Origin: Bispira polyomma
Lineage: Eukaryota
NCBI GenBank assembly: GCA_965649765.1
Contig: OZ287754.1
Span: 16,244,001 to 16,308,000 of the forward strand
Length of the DNA stretch: 64,000 bases
Reading direction: 5' to 3'
Shown here: positions 32,725 through 44,719 of the stretch, piece after piece
How positions within the stretch are numbered: position 1 is the stretch's first letter
Layout of the letters: every line of letters starts with the position of its first letter
Program-made: the position numbers and the translations under genes
Notes under the pieces: generated by a model
What the model was told of the DNA's origin: nothing
The model's input: only the letters and a program-made list of their open reading frames with translations
The model's database searches: none

Positions 32725-33713
32725 CTAGAACTCCCCTGCAGCAGTTATTATATCAAAATGCAACAAAGAAGCTTCACCTGGCCTTCTGCAGGTCTACAGA
32801 CAGATCTTATACTGCGATGTATAGGGTGTACCAAGCTTATGCATCCTTCTCGGATCTGCCTTGTGACCAGGTGACAGCTATTGATCTTCTTGCTTTTTTA
32901 GAATTGTTACACTTTAACTCTGTAAAACCTGCCCATATGGCTAATTATTTATCTGCTATTAAAGCTAAGAGTATTGTATACAATGTGCCCATTCATGCCT
33001 TCAGTGACCCTCGCTTGGCTTACTATCAAAAGTCTGTCCAATTAGCTGCCCCCTTAAATGTTCAGCTCAAAAAGATTATAGACATACCTCTTCTGACTAG
33101 TATTGTCAATGTCTCCAACACCACTTACATGGGTCCTATCTTTACAGCTGTGTATTTGGTCAGCTACTTTTCCTTCCTCAGGTTATCCAACTTAGTACCT
33201 CATTCTTGTCTTCAGTTTTCTGCTTTGAGACATCTATCAAGGGCTGATGTTATGTTTCACAGGGACAAAGCTGTCCTTTTAGTAAAATGGTCCAAAACAA
33301 TGCAGAGTAATAATCAGATTAGACTTATTACTATCCCACGTTTGGTGGGTTCCCCTCTTTGCCCTGTGGGGTCACTGCAGGCAATTATGGCTCTTACTCC
33401 GTCTGAACCTAATTCACCCTTATTTCAATTGAAAGACAAATCTCACTGGGTTCCGCTTACTGACACCCGTGTCCGCAGGCATTTCAAAACGATACTTGCC
33501 AGGCTCCAGTTGCAGGATTCTGGCCTCACACTGCACGCTTTCCGACGTTCGGGTGCCACTTTTGCCTTTAACCATAACGTCAGCATTCAGAACATCCAAA
33601 AACATGGCACTTGGACGTCGGATTACGTGTGGAGGTATGTTACCGACTCAGTGGATGCGGGACAGCAGGTATCGGACACATTTCGTCTTCATCTTGCTAC
33701 TTGTTCTTCCTAG
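32725..33713 (+). CDS. Tyrosine recombinase of element 2 (intact; probably entered via a splice acceptor at 32724)
   Basis: Catalytic residues R (FLRLSN), K (WSKT), HxxR (HAFRR), W (GTW) and Y (WRY) are present, with no internal stops. Confidence 0.92.
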
Positions 33714-34829
33714 CTTCCTACTTGCTGGGTTTGGGTGTTTCTACTCAAAATTTAGTCTATATTTTCATATTCTAGATAATTATGTAATTTTTGCTTTACA
33801 TGTAGTCACATGCTAGTCATGTATAGTGTCATATAGAATTTAAATTACTATTTCACTTGCTAGTCATTTCATGTTACAACTATAAAGTTAACTTCACAGA
33901 GTAGTATTTTATTTCCTAGTAATTGTATGCTACAACTATTAATTCAACTTCATGAAATAACTGTTTCATTAAAAGGTAATAGAATCTGTAATTAACTGCA
34001 AAATTACAACTTAACTCTTCTTCTATACATTTTAGGGTCACCTCAATTTTTTAATTCCCCTATGGGTTAAAAATTTTAGTATACTAACCTGTATTTAAGG
34101 TGATCTTTAGCCCCCCTTTTGTAGTCTAAATTATAAGATCATCTCCATTTATAAGTACCCTACGGGCTTTGTCATTTCACTAATTTAAACTGTGTTGGGG
34201 TGACCTTATCTTGTTCTTTGAAGTTATGTAAAATATTTTATTACTTTCACTCAATTTAGTATGACTTAAAGTTACAAATTATCATGACCTTAAGTCACGT
34301 TGTATATAGTAGTTTAACATAGACTAACAATAAAATATTTTACCGCATTCTGCTTACTTACTATCTTGCCTTCTTGACCTCTGACCCTTTGGCCTGTCAC
34401 GCGGGGAATGTTGTTAAATTTTTGTTTAATTTGATTTACTTTAGACAAAAATTTATGTTCTGAAAATACATTTTTAAATTTTTTCTGAAGAAAATAGATG
34501 TTAAATTGAAATTTCCTTCTTGAGCACCAAATATGTAATACCTTAATACTAGTAGCAACAAGTTCAGTGGTGAGAAATTTATGTCCATTTCTTCATACTC
34601 TAAATTTGTCTACCATAACATAGATCTATTTTACGATCCAACTTATTATTAAAGATTATTAAACTTATTGTCAACGTAAGTGCACTGAGTAAAAATGTGG
34701 TGGAAAGAATCTGGATGCTGCTTACAAAAATTGCAATGGTTGGAATCAATTACTTTTATCTTATGCAAATATTGATTGGTATCCAAAATGTTAAAAATTA
34801 TTTTATATTGAAACCATATTAATGCTTTT

Positions 34830-35520
34830 TTGCACAAGGGTCTTCACCTTTGTGATCTGCCTTGCATGCAAAGCACCATTCATGGGCATCCCAGTGGGCA
34901 TACAAGTGGCCACATTTTCCCCGTATTTGTGCTAGTTTCTTGTCCTCCTTCTTTTTAGGGGATACAACCCAATCAAAGGCTGTAGCAAGGGCGACGAGGA
35001 CAGCCACACCAATGCAGACCTGTACAATCCACATGGTGGATTTATCCGAATGACTAACAGGTCTAGCATGAACTGGAGTGATATATGCAATCAAGTACAG
35101 CACACAGAAAACATAAAACTAACAGTTGTCCCCAATAACTCTGTGGTTATAAAGGGAAGTCATCTTGATGACCCAGTCGCCTACTTGTGCAGTGATACAG
35201 GACCTCAGTCTAGAATGTGTTACCCGTATAGAAACTTTCATAAGAAAAACACATCTGGCATGTCCATACCAAAAATATTCCATCCAATTTCCGAAGAAGA
35301 AAGGGCTGTAACAGCCATAATAACACGATTAAAAACAGAGTTCTCTTTTGCTGTCTGTCAAATAGCGGCTAGAAAAAGAATGACCATCTGAGCCTAGTAA
35401 GTGTGCACGGTAAAATATAGATCACCGGGAATGACTGATGTAGCCCTCTTTTTTCTTAAGGGTTCTGGCTGCTCCGGGTAGGTGAGTTACCGGTAAGTAA
35501 ACAATTACACTGGGTAAGTA
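34830..35520 (-). mobile_element. 5' fragment of a DIRS1-type element (Gag N-terminal Cys/His motif)
   Basis: QIRGKCGHLYAHWDAHEWCFACKADHKGEDPC resembles the N-terminal motif of invertebrate DIRS1 Gag; truncated against the LINE fragment. Confidence 0.6.
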
Positions 35521-36764
35521 ATTGTATTGCAATAAAATAGATATGTTATGTCATGGAGAAAGGACAGAGAACAATATAGATTCCTGTAGAACTCTTTTAC
35601 TTATGTATGGTGTATCTGTGGGGTGTGCACGAAGAAATGGTGTCCTTTTAAATTGTGGTCTCCATCTAAACCTAATGCTGCATAGGTACCACCATCAATA
35701 TCTATAACCTAGACTCACACTGAATTACAAGGCGAAATACATCCTAATTGATATATCTTAATCATCAAAGGTCTAGCACTATTGTAGGAATCCTGATGGA
35801 TCCTTGCTTATCCACCGTAGTCTGAGGGTGTCCCAACAATTGCTCCTGTCCAAAACGGCTGTGATTAATAGATCCTGACTAATCCTGGTGAGTCGTAGCT
35901 AAGTTGTAAGACATCATAGGTTCGCTATTTGTCTCATCTAAATGAGTTTTTGTCCATTGCTACTTATTGTACAACTAACCCTGATAAAATTTACTTTTTG
36001 TCTTATTAAGTCGTAAGTCTGTCATCAGTCAGTCAGGGGTAGTCAGTATATGTCTTGATAGGCCATCGTGATAGTCAGGGCATGTTTGTAGCCATTGTAG
36101 GACAGTCTTAGCAATATTCAAATCTTAATTAGTGCTGACCTATCGATGACATGTTTAGGAGTAGCCTAGTACTCTCCTAGGTTCGCCGTAACACAATTGT
36201 AATTCTCAATCACCTTTAAAGTGATTTTGTTCCACAAGAATATGGACCTTGGAAGACTATGACGTCTGTAATAATTCTCAGCTTAATCTGGAGAACCATT
36301 GTTGTGGTATGCCACAAAAAAAAATAATTTAAGGTAATTACAGGTAACTATCAAAGGGAAACATGGGATGATTAGTTCCTATTCTATTAATAATATAAAT
36401 ACATTGGGATTTTTTTTATATTCAAAATTTGATTACATAAACCAGAAAGTATATTTTCAATGTAATACTCATAAACATTAATGTATCATTTAAACAGAGT
36501 GCACTCGAGAATTGATTCATTTTTTACAGAAATTATATTTATAACATGATTGATTAAGCGTGTTTAAAAAATACTTACTGATTTTATCGTCCTCAAAGTT
36601 AAACTGGTAGCCTTGTCAGGGGCTCAATTTTCCTTTAAAAATAATAGTCCTTTCTAATAGATTTGAGTAATCTATAGATACAGGAATAGTTTACACCTAA
36701 GTAAGTCTAGGTAAAAGTTTACTCTCCTTAGTTAAATCCTGCTTCTCTGCTTTTTCAGTTCATT

Positions 36765-36995
36765 CACGGTGGCCTAGTGTTTAGAACCACTTGCCAAATA
36801 TCGATGGTCTCTCATCAATATGGGTTATAATTTAGCTCATTCCTTTATGTGGGAAATTTTGTCAGTTACTTGCCATAGGTCGTTGATTTACATTGCTTCA
36901 GCAATGATTTTAATCCACCTTTAACTCTAGCCTTTATGATGTAACCCTAAGCTGTTGGAAGCGACGTAAACCCCATAAAATTTAAATAAAATTCA
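36765..36995 (+). mobile_element. Decayed tRNA-derived SINE
   Basis: cacggtggcctagtg head, tgtgggaaa body and gcgacgtaaacccc tail, as in the other copies. Confidence 0.65.
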
Positions 36996-38363
36996 AATAT
37001 CTGTTCTTTTTTTTTAAACCACTAGATACACAGAATATCGGCTTACACATATTACAAACAATTTAAACACTCTCATTTGTTTTACATTTAAAAGTGAATA
37101 ATTTTAAAACTGTGAAAATTAAATATAATATTAAATATTACTATTTAATTAAATAAAGACTAAAGGTTATAAAGTACTAGTTTGTAAAACTTTCTTTTGA
37201 TATTATTATAACCAGTTAACTGTGGCCTCTATAGCATCCAAATATCATCAAAGACTCAATTACATGTCTGTACAGGCCACACTAGCTTTGAAGGTAATAT
37301 GATAATTAGATGAAAAGAATCCTTTACAAACCTTTATTTTGATGTACCTAAAACTGTAAAATGTGGTTGCTGTTTAAGGTAATTAGGTAAATCTCTTGAA
37401 AAGACTTACAATTGCTTATATTGGATGCTGGTCATCCAATTATATGTGATATGTGTGGCTTCTTAACTTTAAATACAAATACAGGTAAGTTAAGAAGTGG
37501 CTTCTCAGTTTGAGAAATCCATTGGGCCAGATTAAGAAGGTTCAAAATAATTACCCATTGAATATGAAGTTAGCCATTAATTGTAGTTATCACATACTGT
37601 TGTATAAAAATAAAGACTGCTTGCCTGCTATCGATTCATTTAGGATTTATACATGTACAAAATGGCTGATTCAGTTGAACATAGATCCAAGCAAGATTTA
37701 TACACTAATTTTTAGCAAACTAAAAACATTTTATTCCAAAAGATGAATATTTTTAAGTGATTGAAGAGATAAAAAATGCTGCCAAAATAAGAGCAGACAT
37801 ATTTACTTACTATTACCAACCACTTATACATGTACATATTTTCTGTAATAATGTAATTAATTAATTGGTGTCATTTACTACATAAAATATATCACATGAC
37901 ATGTAATATATGAGAAAATGTCATTTGTATGAGCAAATCTATTTCAAAAGTCATTTTCAGGTGGGAATATATATTTTGAAGACTACTTGTAACATATTGG
38001 TGTAATAAATTGGATGATATGTACAACATACACTTAGGATAGATAACATATTATATATGTACATGTATATGTAATTTGTCTAAATAAATTGACCTAAATA
38101 AAGATCGACTCTTCAATAACACCAAGTAAAATCACCACTACCACATAATTATGCATCATATGGATGAAAAAGACTTAATGTGGCTATAGTTAATCATCAC
38201 TTGAAGAATAATAAGACAATTCAGTAAATACTTGAACTTACTGGATACAAAAACCAGTAAGTATGCGTATTTACTAAAATTTTTAGGAATTACACATATT
38301 TACTGACCAAATCAGTAAATACCCATATTTACTGATTTCACATATTTACTGTAACATATTTAC

Positions 38364-38368
<5 letters not shown>

Positions 38369-38411
<43 letters not shown>
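38369..38411. repeat. (TA)n microsatellite
   Basis: Direct observation. Confidence 0.95.
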
Positions 38412-38418
<7 letters not shown>

Positions 38419-39523
38419 TCTAAGTTAGTAATTTAACATATTTACTGTAAGATGTATATATATATATACATGTACATATATAAAGCTTGACATTTAAGCT
38501 GGGAGGGCTGTGGAATAAGTATACTCTAACTTGGACCCATCTGCCAAACCCCAAAACATCAGTTATTATAGCAAAAAGGCCTTTGCACACTATACCGTGG
38601 CGAACGTACCAACAAAGCGAATACATAGTTTAGAAAGCAAGTTTCAATTTGAGCAAATCTTTCACATGATTCTATGCAAGGCGAGTACTATACTATAAAT
38701 CATCCAGAGTTAAATATAGCCACTGAAAAAAAAAAAAATATTCAATTCAATGCAATTTTACATGCACAGTGTTAAATTCAAATCTAAGTTTGTGTGTGTG
38801 TGTGAAAGCAATGAAACTACTCGCCTCTCGCTGATGTACACCGCTTCTAAGTATCCACACTTTACACCAGTCTGCAAAATTCTTTAATCTCCTAACAGGA
38901 GCGAAGACATTATATAACCTAACCTGAGCCAAGGCTTTTTGTTTAAGGTTTCTCTCCAAAGTGTTATTTAAATAAAGATGCCATAGGAGCTAAGTTGGTA
39001 TTTATTTATCATTTTCTATTGACACAATTATATTTGCCAGGGGTATGCTTTTTCCAATTATAATGCTTAGGTGTGTGTATGTGTGAATTCTAACCGCCTA
39101 CTGTGAAACTATAGTATTTAGTCTCTATGCTTTTAGATGACTTGCTGTTTTGTAATGTGTAGAGCTCGAAATGTTGTGCCCTATAGAAGAAAATGTCAAA
39201 ACAATTTACAATTTTTGACATTTTGAGTTCACTGGACCTAAAATTTCACTATTGGCTATTTTATTTTGGAAGTAAAATATCAATACAAATCCTCAAATAT
39301 TCACTGGGAACAAAATTTTCTCTATCAAAAAATCAGAAAACCCAACAAATATGGACCCAACACAACCGTAATCCATATAGATGGAGAATTATGTAAGGTT
39401 TCTTTGATATCAAAAGCCAAGATTGCGGTATAACATTTGGGTGTTATTCAGTTCAGGCCACTCATCCCTCGCAGTGGTTTACTACTATCCATTTTTCGCT
39501 AGATGCCAACTGTATAGAGACCG

Positions 39524-39618
39524 TTATCGTGGGAATTGATAGAACTCTATCTCAGTCATGGGAATTGATAGACCCCTATCATGGGAATTGAAAGACCCCT
39601 ATCGCGGCAATTGATAGT
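39524..39618 (+). repeat. Short tandem repeat, tatc(g/a)tgggaattgataga, x4
   Basis: Direct observation. Confidence 0.8.
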
Positions 39619-39929
39619 AAAAGCTCCTCACATTTAAACTAGTAGTCGAGAAAACAAGACATATATAAGGCATTACAACATTTTCAATATACGCGGGGAA
39701 ACTGTCAGACATCTTCTTTTATAAATTACTTTAGTCTTTTAGTCTGTTTTATCCTATGCGGTAGCAAGAATATTTGTATACACAAGGGGTAACTTATAGA
39801 CATTGGCTTGATGGCAACCAAGAAGGACCAGAAGGTGGTTTCTCAGTATTCTCTCAGATGGAAACAGTCGCACATAACCTGTCTCCGTCACAGGGCAGTA
39901 GTAGAGTGAATCCCTGTCATTCGGAATGG

Positions 39930-40634
39930 GATTCACATCAGTACAAGGTTGAGGCCCAGAAAAAATGTGAATGAGCAAAGTTTATTGCAAATGCAGGCTA
40001 TTAGTGGCCGGTTACAGGTGTTAGAGGAGGACAAGTCTAAATTCAGTAAAGGTAAGCAAAACCAAAAGGTGGTCATTCAGCCACGCCCTAAACGTCAGGT
40101 TAAAACTGTAGTAGAAACTGCATACATAAAGCAAAATGTGGTATGGCCCCATGAGCATGTATTGGCAGGGTCAAGTCAAGAAAGGGTTAGCTAAAACCAA
40201 CTCACCGCATTAAAGTGGATGTCTGGCTTTTGTCGAACCATGAGCAGAGCAGATGTTAGAATATGTGATAGCCCTCTTGGATGATGCACAGGATTTCTTA
40301 TGGACTGCTGCCAAAGCCAGACACACAGTACTCCTATATCGCATGAAGCAGGCAGAGATTCAAGATTAGTAGGAGGGTGATAAAATTGACGGAGTTAGGT
40401 GAGCAAATGCTCAAAAACACACATATGTCAGTGCTTCTGCATCTAGTTCACAAGATAAAAACCAGTGATACACTGTGGGGCCAAAAAACTAAGTCCAACT
40501 ATTACAATAACTGGAAATGTAAACATACAAAAAGCCAAGAAACGGCTGGCACTTTGTACAAGCATATTTGTTCCTCCTGCTTCGCTCTAGATGCTAAATC
40601 TACTATGCCCCCCGATTCTGAGTGTAGAAACTGA
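39930..40634 (+). pseudogene. Decayed Ngaro-like gag
   Basis: VVWPHEHVLAGSSQERVS, WMSGFCR, LLDDAQDFLWTAAKA and YKHICSSC align with the Gag of element 2; many stops and frameshifts. Confidence 0.8.
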
Positions 40635-41569
40635 CTTAAAATTGTTTAAAATACAAGTTTTTAGAGTGACAGTCATTAATTAAATGCTTATATCTCAGTA
40701 AATATAGGTGATACCTATTTTTACATTATATATTATAATATATATTATAAAGCTAGATAAATATGCTTTCTGGAACTTTCTGGAGTCAAAATATGTTATT
40801 TATTAGGTGAGAAAGTTTACTTTAAAAGGAGAATTTTACAGCGAACCCACCAAAACGGCAGCAAAAACGTAGTACAGCAAAACCTCTGGTAATCAGCAGC
40901 GACACCTGGAGTCACTGGTTTAGGGTCAGTTGTGGTTTTCCAAATGTGATAGGAAAATACAGTGATTCAGAGGTTGTTACAAAAAACACCAACAGAATGA
41001 TGGGGCGGAGAGAAGGGTAAAGTGATAATGCAAGAAAGGCCCACAAGTTTGAATACAAGGTGACTGTTTGTTGTACAAAAACTGATAAGTATAGTGTTGC
41101 ATGTGTTGGCAATTGTTAAAATATTGACTAGTATATCAGAGACAATTGTCTTACAAAATGCAGATGTAGCATGTAAATTACAGTCCTTCAATAGGTTATA
41201 ATAAACATCCAGACAATTGTAGGGGCAGTTAATAATTATTTTATAAATTTTTAATTATAATTTGTTTTTAATATTATTTTACATCACAGCATATTATTAT
41301 TTTTGTTCAAAATGATAGCCCACTTTTTGGAGGGCAAAAATAGAAATCCCTGGGGGCGTTTATTACAGAAATTACAGTAATGCTATACATCTGAATAATA
41401 AAATAACACAAAGAAAACTCTAAACAACCCTTTAGCTGACCTGCCCTAATGAGTATAAAGTTTTAGGAGATGTGTGAGTGAGGACTACAGGTGTATATAT
41501 ATTCATTCAGTAGTATATGCAGAGATAGATTGAGAGAAAGAAGCACATTAGGGTAGATGCATACCTTTT

Positions 41570-43163
41570 AGAAAGACGCATACCTGATGGTTTTAAAACA
41601 GCTGTGGTTACTCCTCTTATTAAGAAGGCTTCTCTTCCAGTTGATGCCCTAAAGAATTATCGCCCTGTATCTGGTCTTAGTTTCATATGAAAACCAGTTG
41701 AACGTGTGGTTGCTAGGCAACTGTTAGATCACATCTTTGACCACGACTTAGACATCCATACCAGTCTGCATATAAAACAGGTCATTTGACTGAGACAGCT
41801 CTTCTGTCTATAAAATATGAAGTTCACCTATCTTTGGCAAGAGGGGAATCGACTGTCCCGGTATTGCTCGACCTCTCTGCTGCCTTTGACACCATCGATC
41901 ATTCCACGCTTCTCAGTTGTCTTCAGACTTGATTTGGAGTTAGGGGCTCTGTTCTTAAATGGTTCACTTCCTACTTAACTGATCGTTATCAGTCGATAAA
42001 AATTGGCTCTACTTTGTCCGCTCTTTGTGAACTCTTGTTTGGTGTTCCTTAAGGTTCTGTTTTGGGCCCTCTGTTGTTCTCATTATACACTGCCCTTCTC
42101 AGATTAGTTATTGGCAAATACACAGGTATTAAGTTTCATTTTTATGCAGATGATACCCAAATTTATGTGCACCTATCCCATAAGAACACATCCACTGCCT
42201 GTGAACAGTTGAACAGGTGGCTTGACGATGTGAAAGAGTGGATGTCAACTGGTAAGCTCAAACTTAATCCCGACAAGACTGAGTTCATAATCTTTGGCTC
42301 AAAACAACAGAGGGATAAGTTGAAAGCATTGTTTCCAGTTGACACCCTGGGTAGCCCTTTCAGCCCAGTTGATTCTGTCAAGAACCTGGGTGTATGGTTT
42401 GACTCTGACTTTTCTTTCTCTAAACACGTTCAGAGTGTCTGCAAAAGTTTTTTTGTGCAACTCCGGGACTTTAGACGTGTCAGGCGGTTTCTCACTTATG
42501 ATGCTTCTATACTTGTGGCCAATGCTTTTGTCAGTAGTAGACTGGATTACTGCAATTCGCTTTTCAGGATTCTCTCAAAGTTTAATTTACGTAAATTACA
42601 ATGCATTCAAAATAGTGCAGCTAGAATTGTGTCAAACACCAGTCGATACACCAGTATAACTCCTGTTCTTAAAAAATTGCATTGGCTCCCTGTTGAACAG
42701 CGTTCAGTGTTTAAGACAGCTACACTTGTTTATAAGTTTCTTCACACTGGGTTTCCAAAGGATTTTGCCCCATATCTTTCCACTTATAGTAGTTACTACA
42801 ATACCAGACGTAGTTAGAGTGGTAGTAATTTCCTTGTTGTTCCGAAGTTCCATCCATCTACTCAAAAGTCGGTTAAACAGTTTGGTCACAGTTTTGCTTT
42901 TGCTTTGCCTTTGGAATGCTCTTCCTGATGTGATTTGTGCTTCCCCCTCACTAGCCTGTTTTAAAAAGCAGCTTAAAACCCACTTTTACACTTTAGCATA
43001 CCTACCTTAGTCTTAATCATCCCCCGGCGCACTCTATGGTGCTGACTCTTTTCTGTCCCTTAAATTTGGAAATTGGATTGCTGTCTATTGTGTTTGTGCG
43101 CCTTGGAGTCCCCTTTGTTAAGCGGAGATTAAGTGTGATAAAAATTTACTTACATTACATTAC
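41570..43163 (+). mobile_element. 5'-truncated L2-like LINE (RT domain)
   Basis: [51 protein letters not shown] and LHWLP; (TTACA)n tail. Confidence 0.9.
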
Positions 43164-43169
43164 AAGAAT

Positions 43170-43480
43170 GCATCTACACGATTCACTTTTTTTGTACCAT
43201 TTTTAGTGTCTAAGGTGATACCCAAATGTCAAGCTTTAAGATTGGCCTTAACAGATACACCATTGTGGAATGAACCATTAAAGCAATTAACATGGCAATA
43301 AACAAAATTCATCACAAACGTTTAGCATATTTTTAACACACTAAGTGTTGGTGCTAACAAGATAGTGTCATCAGCAAACCCCAACTACCCATGTATTCTG
43401 TACCTATGTGACAACCATTCCCAGCCTTTATTATTCTGCTTAATATTACATCAATATACATATAATAAAGAAGATGTGAA
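43170..43480 (-). mobile_element. Non-LTR retrotransposon RT fragment
   Basis: GNGCHIG...FADDTILLAPT...HLGITL on the minus strand. Confidence 0.6.
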
Positions 43481-44309
43481 ATAACACTCCACCTGGACTA
43501 TATAAAAAGACCTATCTAGATCCCTGAGCTGGGAAATGAGAATAGATATTTTACTCCTTGGTTTAACTGAAGTGTGCCTCAAATATGAAATTTGTTTTGC
43601 ATCATTAGCATTTCATTTTATTGTATGGAGAACTTAATGCATATGTTGTATTTTTTTATTAACTTGTACATTGTACATATATTACTGATATTAATTGTCT
43701 ACTGTTTTTATATTAAAATATGTCAACTAATAATAAAGCTAAACAAAACATCAACTGAAAGAATAAACAATGAAAAATATATTTATATGCTGATGATGCG
43801 TATTAATTTTGTAAATTGTGTATAAAAGGTTTTTATGCAAATAAATGCAGACATTCCTCAAAACATTGAAAGGTTTCCCTCTTAAACATGCTTCGTGAAG
43901 TCATTCAGACTATTTGATCAGGTAAAATTGACCATATATTGCTAATAATCATATTTAATCAAAACATTGAAACTTTACAGGTGACTTATACTTTACTAAC
44001 ATTCTTGTAATCCTGTAAAGGTGCTTTTTTGAAAAACATTGAAGGAGATTGATCTGTGAAATATTCTTAACTACAATAATGTTGTGGCCTTTGTTTATTT
44101 CTACCATTGGACTGACAGTATTTTACGGTGAGTGATTATCAAATTATTTCTATTGTAGAATGTTTATATATGTACTGTGCATCCAGCCTTACTCATATTT
44201 CTAATGATTAATCATGATTACGGATTGTATCATATATATCCATGTCATATTACAAAAGCCATTTCAAAACCTACCTTTTCAGACTGGCCTATCGCTTATA
44301 ACCCCAATG

Positions 44310-44640
44310 CGCATTATTGATGCTAGACATCTTCTAAAGTGCAACAGCAGAATCAGTGATCCAATCGTGTGATCCATGGATATAGCAAGGTCACAAGGAA
44401 GGATGTGGGGTGTACAGGAGGAAAACTACGGTGGGAATGCCGGTTAAAAAGATAGGTTTTAAGCTTTTTTTAAAGTGTCTAATGATCTGAGGTTGACTGA
44501 AAGACTGTTCCAAACAAGGGAGCACCAACAGAGAAAGCTCTGGATTCAGCCTTCGTCAAAGGTTTAACAGAAGTAACAGAGAGGCTATTGCCTCTCTTTA
44601 GAGAGAACGGAAGCAAGGTAGAAGGGCTGTTGAGGGACTA
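44310..44640 (-). mobile_element. L2-like LINE 3' end
   Basis: Reverse complement is homologous to 876-1241. Confidence 0.7.
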
Positions 44641-44719
44641 CAGTCCTAAATTTGGTAACGTGAAGCCAGTGTAGTTTGTTGAGAAATGGAGTGACATCGG
44701 TGAGACTGCCCAGGCAAAA

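Larger units (their letters stand above)
28935..34410 (+). mobile_element. Near-intact Ngaro-like YR retrotransposon (element 2), A-gag-pol-YR-B, lacking A2/B2
   Basis: Three long ORFs. The ends are defined by restoring the interrupted LINE reading frame. No target-site duplication. Confidence 0.93.
28760..34830 (-). mobile_element. 3' end of an L1/Tx1-like LINE (zf-RVT region), split by insertion of element 2 (pieces 28760-28934 and 34411-34830)
   Basis: FQYKIIFNILDTNQYLHKIKVIDSNHCNFCKQHPDSFHHIFTQC. Rejoined flanks read ...QKFNKKWEVWENLKV*, then a 3' UTR and a poly(A)/(AAAT)n tail. Confidence 0.8.

Noticed and set aside
37270-37490. Possible micro-exons (cAG...GTAATA; CAGGTAAGT) in the AT-rich intergenic region
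   Set aside because: No coherent reading frame or partner exons; such motifs occur by chance.
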